Shown in pieces: positions 1 to 8,009 of a stretch of 32,000 nt of DNA. Source of the stretch: Vibrio cholerae ATCC 14035 (GTDB lineage: Bacteria > Pseudomonadota > Gammaproteobacteria > Enterobacterales > Vibrionaceae); assembly GCF_000621645.1 (NCBI RefSeq), contig NZ_KK211324.1, positions 137,113-169,112 on the forward strand. Reading direction: 5' to 3'. A model generated the notes under the pieces. It saw only the letters and a list, made by a program, of their open reading frames with translations. It was not told where the DNA came from and did not search any database. The translations under genes and the position numbers were made by a program. The stretch's first letter is position 1; each line of letters starts with the position of its first letter.

Positions 1-301
<301 letters not shown>

Positions 302-422
302 CTATTGTAGAGGGGTTACTCGGTGAATAAAACCGCAAAATACGTACAGTGTACGATTCTCAGGTTATACTTCGCTGCTACCGCCGCCAAAGCGGTCATC
401 ACCATAACCAGAGAAGTTGTTC

Positions 423-1325
423 ATGACACCCGACCAACAAGATGCCAAAAAAGGAATTTTGCTCGCGATCAGCGTATACACCATGTGGGGCATTGCGCCG
501 ATTTATTTCAAAGCACTTGGCGCCGTATCGGCGCTGGAAATCCTTAGCCACCGGGTGGTGTGGTCATTTGTGTTGCTCGCGGTTCTGATTCACCTCGGTC
601 GTCGTTGGCGCAGCGTCGTTGGCGTAGTACACACTCCGCGCAAATTTTGGCTGCTGTTAGTGACCGCTTTGCTCGTGGGGGGTAACTGGCTGATTTTTAT
701 CTGGTCAATCAACGCTAACCATATGCTGGATGCCAGTTTGGGTTACTACATTAATCCGCTACTCAACGTGCTGCTCGGCATGCTGTTTCTCGGCGAGCGC
801 CTGCGTAAATTGCAGTGGTTTGCGGTCGCGCTTGCCGCGATTGGCGTGGGCATTCAGTTAGTGGTGTTTGGCTCAGTGCCGATTGTGGCGATTGCCCTTG
901 CCACCAGCTTTGGTTTTTATGGTCTACTGCGTAAAAAGATCCAAGTCGATGCGCAAACAGGCTTGTTCCTTGAAACCCTGTTTATGCTGCCTGCCGCCGC
1001 CATCTACCTAATCTGGCTCGCCGATACGCCAACCAGTGATATGGCACTCAACACTTGGCAGCTCAATCTGCTCTTGGTTTGCGCTGGCGTCGTGACTACC
1101 TTGCCCCTGCTCTGTTTTACCGGAGCCGCAGCGCGTCTCAAACTCTCAACGCTTGGTTTTTTTCAATATATCGGCCCGAGTTTGATGTTTTTGCTCGCAG
1201 TTTTGGTCTACGGTGAAGCCTTTACCAGCGATAAGGCGATCACCTTTGCTTTTATTTGGAGTGCCTTGGTCATCTTCAGTGTTGATGGGTTAAAAGCAGG
1301 ACACGCCGCACGGCGTGCACGTTAG
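423..1325 (+). CDS. rarD: RarD protein (EamA/DMT-family permease, chloramphenicol-sensitivity protein)
   Basis: The track ORF 417..1325 starts at TTG; an in-frame ATG at 423 gives MTPDQQDAKKGILLAISVYTMWGIAPIYFK... The product is collinear with E. coli RarD as I recall it (GNWLIFIW, ASLGYYINPL, LSTLGFFQYIGPSLMFLLAV). It is divergent from recQ, as in enterobacteria. Confidence 0.85.
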   Translation: MTPDQQDAKKGILLAISVYTMWGIAPIYFKALGAVSALEILSHRVVWSFVLLAVLIHLGRRWRSVVGVVHTPRKFWLLLVTALLVGGNWLIFIWSINANHMLDASLGYYINPLLNVLLGMLFLGERLRKLQWFAVALAAIGVGIQLVVFGSVPIVAIALATSFGFYGLLRKKIQVDAQTGLFLETLFMLPAAAIYLIWLADTPTSDMALNTWQLNLLLVCAGVVTTLPLLCFTGAAARLKLSTLGFFQYIGPSLMFLLAVLVYGEAFTSDKAITFAFIWSALVIFSVDGLKAGHAARRAR

Positions 1326-1498
1326 AGCTCGCTACCGAGGTAAGCTATCCCGGCTTACCTCCCTATTCCACCTCGTCTAACTCGTTCAATCCTGAGACAT
1401 TGCTGCATAAATCATCGATTTAGCCAACAAGCCGCTAGAACAAAACTTTAACCCAACGTTAACATGATCTCTTCATAACAACGAAAATGGAGATGGGC

Positions 1499-3253
1499 AT
1501 GAATTGGACTCATACCCCCTTGGCGCTTTCTGCGCTGATGTTTGCGATGGCTGCACAAGCTACCCCGAATCAAGCCACCGATGCGGTTGCGCCAGAACAA
1601 GCCACTGGCTTTGAGCACAAATCGTTAGTCAAAGCCAAAAACTGGATGGTCACGGCGGCTAACCCACTGGCGAGCGAAGCAGGGGCTTCGATTTTACGCC
1701 AAGGCGGTAATGCGATAGATGCCATGGTGACGACACAACTGATGCTGGGCTTGGTTGAGCCGCAATCATCCGGCATTGGCGGTGGCTCGTTTTTGGTCTA
1801 CTGGGATGCCAAGAAAAAAGCGCTCACTACGTTCGATGGCCGCGAAACCGCGCCACTCAACGCCACACCTGAACTATTTTTAGATAGTACAGGTCAGCCA
1901 ATGAAATTTTACGATGCCGTGGTCGGCGGTCGCTCGGTTGGTACTCCCGGCACGGTCAAACTGCTGTGGGAAACCCATCGTCAATACGGCAAGCTGGAAT
2001 GGGCGCGCTTGATTGAACCTGTCGCCAAACTCGCCGAGCAAGGCTTTGAGGTAAGTCCTCGCCTCGCGGCACTCATTGCAGAAGATAAAGAGCGTTTAGG
2101 CCGTTTTCCTGCCACCAAAGCCTATTTCTTTGATGCACAAGGTGAACCCCTCACAGCCGGCACTTTACTGAAAAACCCGGACTACGCCGCCACACTCAGA
2201 GCCATCGCACAGCAAGGCGCCTCCGCCTTCTATCAAGGTGACATCGCCAAAGACATCATCGCCACGGTGCAAAATGCGCCGGGCAATCCCGGAGTGCTCG
2301 CTCAGCAAGATTTTGATACGTACCAAGTCAAACAGCGTGCGCCCGTGTGTGCGGCTTATCAAAGCTATCAAGTCTGCGGCATGGGGTTACCCAGCTCAGG
2401 TGGCCTGACGGTGGGACAAATTCTCGCCCTCACCGAACAATACGATCTCAAAGGTTGGGGCGCGCAGGATGTGAAATCATGGCAAGTGCTGGGGGATGCC
2501 TCACAACTGGCGTTTGCCGATCGCGGCTTGTACATGGCCGATCAAGATTATGTGCCCGTTCCGACCCAAGGCTTATTGGATAAAACCTATCTGGCCGAGC
2601 GCGCTAAACTGATCCAACCCGGCAAAGCGCTGACCAGTGCGCCAGCAGGCAATCCGCCTTGGCATCATGCGCAGCTACGCAGCCCCGATCAGTCGATAGA
2701 ACTGCCCTCCACCAGCCACTTCAACATTGTTGACCGTGAAGGCAACGTGGTTTCCTTCACCACCTCGATCGAAAACGCGTTCGGTTCACGCTTGTTGGTG
2801 CGCGGCTTTTTGCTCAACAACGAACTGACCGATTTTTCGTTTGCCACGCAAAGTGAAGGTCGCCCGATTGCCAATCGCTTAGAGCCGGGCAAACGCCCAC
2901 GTTCATCGATGGCACCGACCATTGTCTTGCAGGATAACCAACCCTATTTGGCGATTGGCTCACCCGGTGGCAGCCGAATTATTGGCTATGTGGCGCAAGC
3001 AATCGTTGCTCACACCCAATGGGGCATGAACATTCAAGCCGCGATCAATCAACCGCATGTGCTGAATCGTTTTGGCGAAATCGAGCTCGAACAAGGCACC
3101 TCCGCCGAGCAGTTCAAGCCAGCGCTAGAAAGTTTGGGGGCAAAGGTCGGGATCAAAGAGCTCAACTCTGGCCTGCACGCCATTCGTATTACTGCACAAG
3201 GTCTTGAGGGAGCCGCTGACCCTCGCCGTGAAGGCGTCGCCATCGGCGAGTAA
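1499..3253 (+). CDS. ggt: gamma-glutamyltranspeptidase (periplasmic, Ntn-hydrolase)
   Basis: The track ORF is 1487..3253. The ATG at 1499 sits 6 nt after a GGAG and gives MNWTHTPLALSALMFAMAAQA, a signal peptide. GGT hallmarks are present: the autoprocessing/nucleophile Thr context PSTSHFNIVDREGNVVSFTTSIEN and SPGGSRIIGYV. The start could instead be 1487 or 1493. Confidence 0.9.
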   Translation: MNWTHTPLALSALMFAMAAQATPNQATDAVAPEQATGFEHKSLVKAKNWMVTAANPLASEAGASILRQGGNAIDAMVTTQLMLGLVEPQSSGIGGGSFLVYWDAKKKALTTFDGRETAPLNATPELFLDSTGQPMKFYDAVVGGRSVGTPGTVKLLWETHRQYGKLEWARLIEPVAKLAEQGFEVSPRLAALIAEDKERLGRFPATKAYFFDAQGEPLTAGTLLKNPDYAATLRAIAQQGASAFYQGDIAKDIIATVQNAPGNPGVLAQQDFDTYQVKQRAPVCAAYQSYQVCGMGLPSSGGLTVGQILALTEQYDLKGWGAQDVKSWQVLGDASQLAFADRGLYMADQDYVPVPTQGLLDKTYLAERAKLIQPGKALTSAPAGNPPWHHAQLRSPDQSIELPSTSHFNIVDREGNVVSFTTSIENAFGSRLLVRGFLLNNELTDFSFATQSEGRPIANRLEPGKRPRSSMAPTIVLQDNQPYLAIGSPGGSRIIGYVAQAIVAHTQWGMNIQAAINQPHVLNRFGEIELEQGTSAEQFKPALESLGAKVGIKELNSGLHAIRITAQGLEGAADPRREGVAIGE

Positions 3254-3269
3254 GCGTTAACTCAAAAAG

Positions 3270-3298
3270 TGATGGGCAGAGTCTGCCCATCATTTTTT
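3270..3298 (+). terminator. Rho-independent terminator of ggt
   Basis: tgatgggcag-agt-ctgcccatca forms a perfect 10-bp stem. It is followed by tttttt and lies 17 nt after the ggt stop. Confidence 0.8.
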
Positions 3299-3409
3299 AC
3301 TCGCACCTCATTTTTCCCACCCACGCGAAGAGGCACTGATCATTTTTTACAAGACAAGCTCTGACTCACCGCTTAAGATTTTGGTAACTTAGCCTACTTT
3401 TTGGTCTCT

Positions 3410-4213
3410 ATGGATACAGTGAATTATCGCCCCAGCGCTTACCCCGCGATCAGTCTGATTGAAGCCGACTATCGCCAGTTTGCGTTTGAGCGTCACTACC
3501 ATCTGGATATCCATATCGGTCTCATCACCCAAGGTGTACAACGTTTTTATCACCAAGGGGCTTGGCATCAAGTGGGACAAGGTGGTGTGGTACTGATGTC
3601 ACCCGATGAATTGCATGATGGCCACGCGCACAGTAATACGGGCTATCAAGTACAAGTGTTCTCCATTGAACCTGAATGGTTACAGCAGACGCTCGAAGCC
3701 AACCAGATTGAGCAAGTGATCGGCTTTGAGCAGTTGATTGTACAAGACCCGACCCTATTTCACTCCTTGCAGCAACTTCACCATTTGCTGCGACAGGACA
3801 ACCTCAGCCAGCTCGCCAAAGATTGCTTACCTTATCAAGGCTTTGCTCCGCTGCTTGAGCGTTATAGCTACCTAAAACAACCCACCGTAAAACCGCTTGG
3901 CCAACACAATCTCGCCCTACTCAAAGAGTGGGTACTCAGCCAGCTTGACCAACCGATCCGGCTCGAACAGTTAGCGCAATTGTGCCAACTCTCCCCAACT
4001 CAATTTCAGCGCCATTTTAAAGCGCAAACGGGGCTCACGCCTTACGCTTGGTTACGACGGCTACGCCTAGAGCAAGCAATGAAACTGCTGCAAAGTGGCA
4101 AACCAGGCACAGATGTCGCGTATCAGGTCGGCTTTTACGATCAGGCCCATTTCAGTAAAGCCTTCAAAGCCACTTATGGCCTTTCGCCTTCTTTGATCAC
4201 TCGCTTTTCTTAA
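3410..4213 (+). CDS. AraC/XylS-family transcriptional regulator (cupin-like N-domain plus C-terminal HTH)
   Basis: The track ORF 3401..4213 starts at TTG, and an in-frame ATG lies at 3410. The C-terminus LEQLAQLCQLSPTQFQRHFKAQTGLTPYAWLRRLRLEQAMKLL...VAYQVGFYDQAHFSKAFKATYGLSPS is a typical AraC double HTH. The N-terminus (FERHYHLDIHIGLITQGVQRF) resembles an AraC ligand-binding/cupin domain. Confidence 0.8.
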   Translation: MDTVNYRPSAYPAISLIEADYRQFAFERHYHLDIHIGLITQGVQRFYHQGAWHQVGQGGVVLMSPDELHDGHAHSNTGYQVQVFSIEPEWLQQTLEANQIEQVIGFEQLIVQDPTLFHSLQQLHHLLRQDNLSQLAKDCLPYQGFAPLLERYSYLKQPTVKPLGQHNLALLKEWVLSQLDQPIRLEQLAQLCQLSPTQFQRHFKAQTGLTPYAWLRRLRLEQAMKLLQSGKPGTDVAYQVGFYDQAHFSKAFKATYGLSPSLITRFS

Positions 4214-4287
4214 CCACGCTGTCAAAAATTTACAAGCTCCTCGCGCTCGCCGCGCGGCATACTGGGTGAATAATGTGAGGAGAAAGC

Positions 4288-4956
4288 ATGAACGAAATGT
4301 CCATTTTAGCCACCTTAGCCGGTGTGCATTTTATTGCCTTATTAAGCCCGGGGCCTGATGTCGCCTTAGTGGTGCAAAACGCTACACAGCACGGGCGTAA
4401 AACTGGCGTGATGATCGCGTTAGGTTTGTCGTGCGGCATTTTAGTCCATTTGATTTTGAGCCTGTCCGGCATTAGCTACTTAGTCAAACAGCAGCCAATG
4501 CTGTTTAACCTGTTACAACTGGCCGGCGGCAGCTACTTGCTTTATTTAGGGGCCGGCGCTTTGCAATCAGTGATGGCGCAAAAAAACGCTAGCACACCGA
4601 CGCACAGCCCTGCGCCCTCCATTCTCGGCAACCGCCGTCAAGCCTTCACAAAAGGCATGATGACCAATCTCTTGAATCCCAAAGCTCTCGTGTTTTTTGT
4701 CAGCCTGTTATCTAGCCTGATCCCAGCCAGCATGTCTGTGTCTGGCAAGGTGAGTGCCGCTGCGATTTTGGTTGGCTTATCCCTAACTTGGTTCTCCTGT
4801 TTAGCTTGGCTGCTTACCACGTCTGCCATGCAACAACGCATGCAGCGCATTACGCGATCCGTCGATAGCATATGCGCTGCGGTGTTTATCTTGGCCGGTG
4901 GCGTGATTTTATGGCAAGCAAGCCGCGCTATAGCACAAACCTTCGGATGGCTATGA
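4288..4956 (+). CDS. LysE/RhtB-family amino-acid exporter
   Basis: RBS gaggag lies 5 nt upstream of the ATG. The N-terminal signature HFIALLSPGPDVALVVQNATQHGRKTG and the later LLNPKALVFF are LysE/RhtB family motifs. The product is about 222 aa with about 6 predicted hydrophobic segments. Confidence 0.8.
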   Translation: MNEMSILATLAGVHFIALLSPGPDVALVVQNATQHGRKTGVMIALGLSCGILVHLILSLSGISYLVKQQPMLFNLLQLAGGSYLLYLGAGALQSVMAQKNASTPTHSPAPSILGNRRQAFTKGMMTNLLNPKALVFFVSLLSSLIPASMSVSGKVSAAAILVGLSLTWFSCLAWLLTTSAMQQRMQRITRSVDSICAAVFILAGGVILWQASRAIAQTFGWL

Positions 4957-4977
4957 TCCGACTTTGGCCGATCATGC

Positions 4978-4995
4978 TGTGCGAGATCTCTTACA
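4978..4995. promoter_or_regulatory. VarA/UvrY/GacA-type upstream activating box for the Csr sRNA gene
   Basis: TGTGCGAGATCTCTTACA is an 18-nt near-palindrome. It differs at one position from the E. coli csrB UvrY site as I remember it (TGTGAGAGATCTCTTACA) and fits the GacA-box pattern TGTAAG-N6-CTTACA. It is centred about 168 nt upstream of the proposed sRNA 5' end. Confidence 0.7.
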
Positions 4996-5119
4996 AAGCG
5001 GTAGGACAAATTCGCTTTCTGCGATAAAAAACACTGACAAAAACAACATAAGCAATTGTTTTTAAATAAAATGTTCAAAATTTCATCATTTCGAACATCA
5101 AGAAATCGCTTCGCTTTGC

Positions 5120-5147
5120 TTGTTCAGAAAGCTCAGCTCAGTAAGAT
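5120..5147 (+). promoter_or_regulatory. putative sigma-70 promoter of the Csr sRNA
   Basis: The -35 is ttgttc (5120-5125), followed by a 16-nt spacer and the -10 taagat (5142-5147). A G at 5155 lies 7 nt downstream and begins gtcggaagga, similar to the E. coli CsrB 5' end GTCGACAGGGA. Confidence 0.45.
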
Positions 5148-5154
5148 GAATCTC

Positions 5155-5570
5155 GTCGGAAGGATACTGACACGGAACAGGAAAGCACCAAGGATTGGTG
5201 ATCTTCAGGAAGAAGAATCGAACATTCAGGATGAATGCTCGGCAAGGAAAGCGTAATTGGACATTGAACGGACGCAATCGTTGCTAGGATGGTAACGACA
5301 AGGATGGGAAATGGACACCTCTGGACGAGGCAAGGACTGAACATCAGGATGATGGCAGGGACACCGCTCAGGGAACAAGTGATGTGAACTCGCTAGGATT
5401 GTGAGTTGTAATGGAAGACACAGGACACCGCTAGGATGGCGATGCAAGGATTGAGCTGACGGATTGCAGCGTACTATCAAGGATTAGATGCAGGGAGCAC
5501 CTTTTAGTAGCTGGAATGCTGCGAGTAAGACTCTAACCCCGGTGGGCTTGCCCCCGGGGTTTTCTTTTTT
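5155..5570 (+). ncRNA. csrB: CsrB-family sRNA (CsrA-sequestering; V. cholerae CsrB/CsrC/CsrD class)
   Basis: I hand-counted about 27 GGA triplets in about 416 nt. Many sit in loops of short hairpins (caccaAGGAttggtg, cattcAGGAtgaatg, catcAGGAtgatg, ccgctAGGAtggcg). The 3' tail agtagctggaatgctgcga matches the E. coli CsrB tail. The RNA ends in a GC hairpin ccccgg...ccgggg (5537-5559) plus a T-run to 5570. I cannot tell which paralogue this is. Confidence 0.9.
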
Positions 5571-5659
5571 CTCCCGAAAAGTCATCACCACTTAACTCCT
5601 CAACAGAAACGTTAATCGTTACTTCGTATCTAGGGGCAAATTGGCAATTTCTTCCCGAC

Positions 5660-5678
5660 CTCCCCCTAAAAGGGGGAG
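5660..5678 (-). terminator. GC-rich stem-loop 3' of uvrD (atypical terminator or 3' stabiliser)
   Basis: ctccccct-aaa-agggggag forms a perfect 8-bp stem that ends 23 nt downstream of the uvrD stop. No U-tract follows on either strand. Confidence 0.4.
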
Positions 5679-5700
5679 CCACGTCGCCGCACTATTCTAT

Positions 5701-7872
5701 CTACACCTTCTCTAATCTCGCGTAAGCCGTGACTAACCACTTAATACCTTCGCCATTAAACGCCACTTGCACTCGGCTTTGCGGGCCACTGCCTTCAAAG
5801 TTAATGATGGTGCCTTCACCAAATTTCGGGTGACGGACTCGTGAGCCCAAATTAAAACCGGTTTCGTTAAAGCTTTCTTTGACTACGGTTTGGCTAAAGC
5901 GCCCTGTACTGGTTGGACGGCTGACTTGCGCCTTCATGCGCACTTCATCCAAACAGCCTTCTGGCAGTTCACGAATAAAGCGTGAGGGTTTGTGATACTT
6001 ATCTTGCCCGTACAAACGGCGCATTTCCGCGTAGGTGATGTAGAGCTTTTGCATCGCGCGGGTCATACCGACGTAACACAGGCGACGCTCCTCTTCGAGA
6101 CGCCCCGCCTCTTCGGCAGACATTTGGCTCGGGAACATACCCTCTTCCACACCGACCATAAACACCAGCGGAAACTCTAATCCTTTGGCACTGTGCAAGG
6201 TCATCAGTTGTACCGCATCATCATGCTCATCGGCTTGACCTTCACCGGCTTCCAGTGCCGCATGGGTCAAAAATGCGGTCAGCATGGTCATCTCTTGCGC
6301 TTCTTCTGGCTTTTCAAACTGGCGCGTCGCCGTCACCAGCTCTTCCAAGTTTTCAATCCGTGCTTTGGATTTTTCGCCTTTTTCTTGCTGATACATCTCC
6401 AGCAGACCAGAGGTTTTTACCGCGTGGTCCGTGAGCACATGCAGCGGCATGTCGATGCCTTCCTCTTCCAAGGCGTTGATCAGTTCAACAAAGCGGCTCA
6501 GCGCGCTCGCAGCACGCCCAGTGAGCACTTGGTCATTGAGCAGACCGACACTGGCATCCCACAAGGTGCAGCCACGATCGCGCGCGGCAAAGCGAATGGT
6601 CTCTAGGGTTTTATCACCCAAACCGCGCGGCGGCGTATTAATCACTCGCTCAAAGGCGGTGTCGTCATTGCGGTTATTAATCAAACGCAGATAACTCAGC
6701 GCATCTTTGATCTCTTGGCGCTCGAAAAAGCGCATCCCGCCATAAATGCGGTAGGCCAAACTCGCTTGCAATAATGCCTCTTCCAATACCCGCGACTGGG
6801 CGTTGTTGCGATACAAGATCGCGCAATCGGTCAGTGTGCCGCCCTGCTCCTGCCAGCCTTTGATTTTGCTGACCACAAAGCGTGCTTCATCGAGCTCGTT
6901 ATACGCCGAGTACACCGAAATGGGTTCGCCGACCAAACCGTCAGTCCATAGCTGCTTGCCCATCCGCTCGCTATTATTGGCGATCAGTGTATTTGAGGCT
7001 TCCAAAATGGTTTTGGTGGAGCGGTAGTTTTGCTCCAGTCGAATGGTATTCACGCTCGGGAATTCGCGGGTAAATTTTTCGATGTTTTCCACTCGCGCGC
7101 CACGCCAGCCGTAAATCGACTGGTCATCGTCACCCACGATCATCACGTTCGACTGAGCACCCGCCATCATACGTAGCCACGCGTACTGAATCGCGTTGGT
7201 GTCTTGGAATTCATCGACCAAAATGTGCTTAAAGCGCGCCTGATAATGCTCGCGAATGTGCTGATTACCACGCAGAAGCTCTAGGGCGCGCAGCAAAATT
7301 TCGGCGAAATCGACCAAGCCGGCGCGATCGCACGCTTCTTGGTAAGCGGTGTACAGCTTGAGATAAGTTTGAGTAACCGGATCAAAGGCGTTGATGTGCG
7401 TCGGGCGCAATCCTTCATCTTTTTGATTGTTGATCCACCACGCGACTTGGCGTGCCGGCCACTGTTTATCATCCAGATTGTGCGCTTTGATGAGGCGTTT
7501 GAGCAGACGCTGCTGATCGTCACTGTCGATGATCTGAAAATCTTCCAGCAGCTTAGCGTCGAGATAATGGGCGCGCAGAATACGATGGCAAATACCGTGG
7601 AAAGTACCACACCACATGCCAGAGGCGGTGCCATGCATCAGCTCTTCAATTCGGCCACGCATTTCGGCTGCAGCTTTGTTGGTAAAGGTCACCGCCATCA
7701 CCGAAAACGGTGAGGCTTCTTCCACCGACATCAGCCACGCAATCCGGTGCACCAGTACGCGGGTTTTACCACTGCCAGCACCGGCCAAAATCAGTAAGTT
7801 TTCCAGTGGCGCTGCCACCGCTTCGCGTTGTTTATCGTTGAGACCGTCGAGCAATAGAGAGGGATCGATCAT
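5701..7872 (-). CDS. uvrD: DNA helicase II UvrD (SF1A)
   Basis: The product is 723 aa: [47 protein letters not shown]... It carries the full SF1 motif set (Walker [50 protein letters not shown]). Length and sequence are collinear with E. coli UvrD (720 aa). Confidence 0.95.
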   Translation of the reverse strand: MIDPSLLLDGLNDKQREAVAAPLENLLILAGAGSGKTRVLVHRIAWLMSVEEASPFSVMAVTFTNKAAAEMRGRIEELMHGTASGMWCGTFHGICHRILRAHYLDAKLLEDFQIIDSDDQQRLLKRLIKAHNLDDKQWPARQVAWWINNQKDEGLRPTHINAFDPVTQTYLKLYTAYQEACDRAGLVDFAEILLRALELLRGNQHIREHYQARFKHILVDEFQDTNAIQYAWLRMMAGAQSNVMIVGDDDQSIYGWRGARVENIEKFTREFPSVNTIRLEQNYRSTKTILEASNTLIANNSERMGKQLWTDGLVGEPISVYSAYNELDEARFVVSKIKGWQEQGGTLTDCAILYRNNAQSRVLEEALLQASLAYRIYGGMRFFERQEIKDALSYLRLINNRNDDTAFERVINTPPRGLGDKTLETIRFAARDRGCTLWDASVGLLNDQVLTGRAASALSRFVELINALEEEGIDMPLHVLTDHAVKTSGLLEMYQQEKGEKSKARIENLEELVTATRQFEKPEEAQEMTMLTAFLTHAALEAGEGQADEHDDAVQLMTLHSAKGLEFPLVFMVGVEEGMFPSQMSAEEAGRLEEERRLCYVGMTRAMQKLYITYAEMRRLYGQDKYHKPSRFIRELPEGCLDEVRMKAQVSRPTSTGRFSQTVVKESFNETGFNLGSRVRHPKFGEGTIINFEGSGPQSRVQVAFNGEGIKWLVTAYARLEKV

Positions 7873-7882
7873 GACTTCGCCA

Positions 7883-7898
7883 CTGGTTATTTATACAT
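7883..7898. promoter_or_regulatory. possible degenerate LexA (SOS) box in the uvrD leader
   Basis: The plus strand reads CTGGTTATTTATACAT and the minus strand ATGTATAAATAACCAG. Compare the consensus CTGT-N8-ACAG and the E. coli uvrD box CTGTATATATACCCAG as I recall it. One half-site keeps CTG and the other is weakened (CAT for CAG). It lies just downstream of a minus-strand TATAAT (7909-7914). Confidence 0.3.
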
Positions 7899-7965
7899 AA
7901 TGGCGGCGATTATAACCCCAAGTGTCGCAGATACCCAAACGTCTTGAATGGGCGCAGCGGTGGCC

Positions 7966-7999
7966 GGAAAAATTTCAGCCCACACGAGGTGGGCTGAAA
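7966..7999 (-). terminator. Rho-independent terminator of prlC
   Basis: The minus strand reads ttcagcccac-ctcgtg-tgggctgaa followed by attttt. It begins about 10 nt after the prlC stop. Confidence 0.7.
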
Positions 8000-8009
8000 G
8001 TACTATCGA

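Noticed and set aside
1337-1361. 9-bp stem hairpin (gaggtaagc-N7-gcttacctc) after rarD
   Set aside because: It may be a rarD terminator, but no U-tract follows. I did not list it as a feature because support is weak.
3289-3350. 12-nt direct repeat atcattttttac at 3289-3300 and 3339-3350
   Set aside because: The first copy is simply the descending arm and T-run of the ggt terminator. A single short A/T-rich repeat 50 bp away is within chance or minor-duplication expectation.
4638-5078. 146-aa minus-strand ORF overlapping the 3' half of the LysE-type gene and the VarA box
   Set aside because: It is antisense to a gene with clear family motifs. The Cys/His-rich composition looks random, and it would start inside an A/T-rich promoter region without an RBS.
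5056-5480. Three overlapping track ORFs (66, 68 and 84 aa) in the LysE-uvrD gap
   Set aside because: They lie entirely within the GGA-repeat Csr sRNA and lack RBSs. Their odd composition is a by-product of the repeated AGGA/hairpin units.
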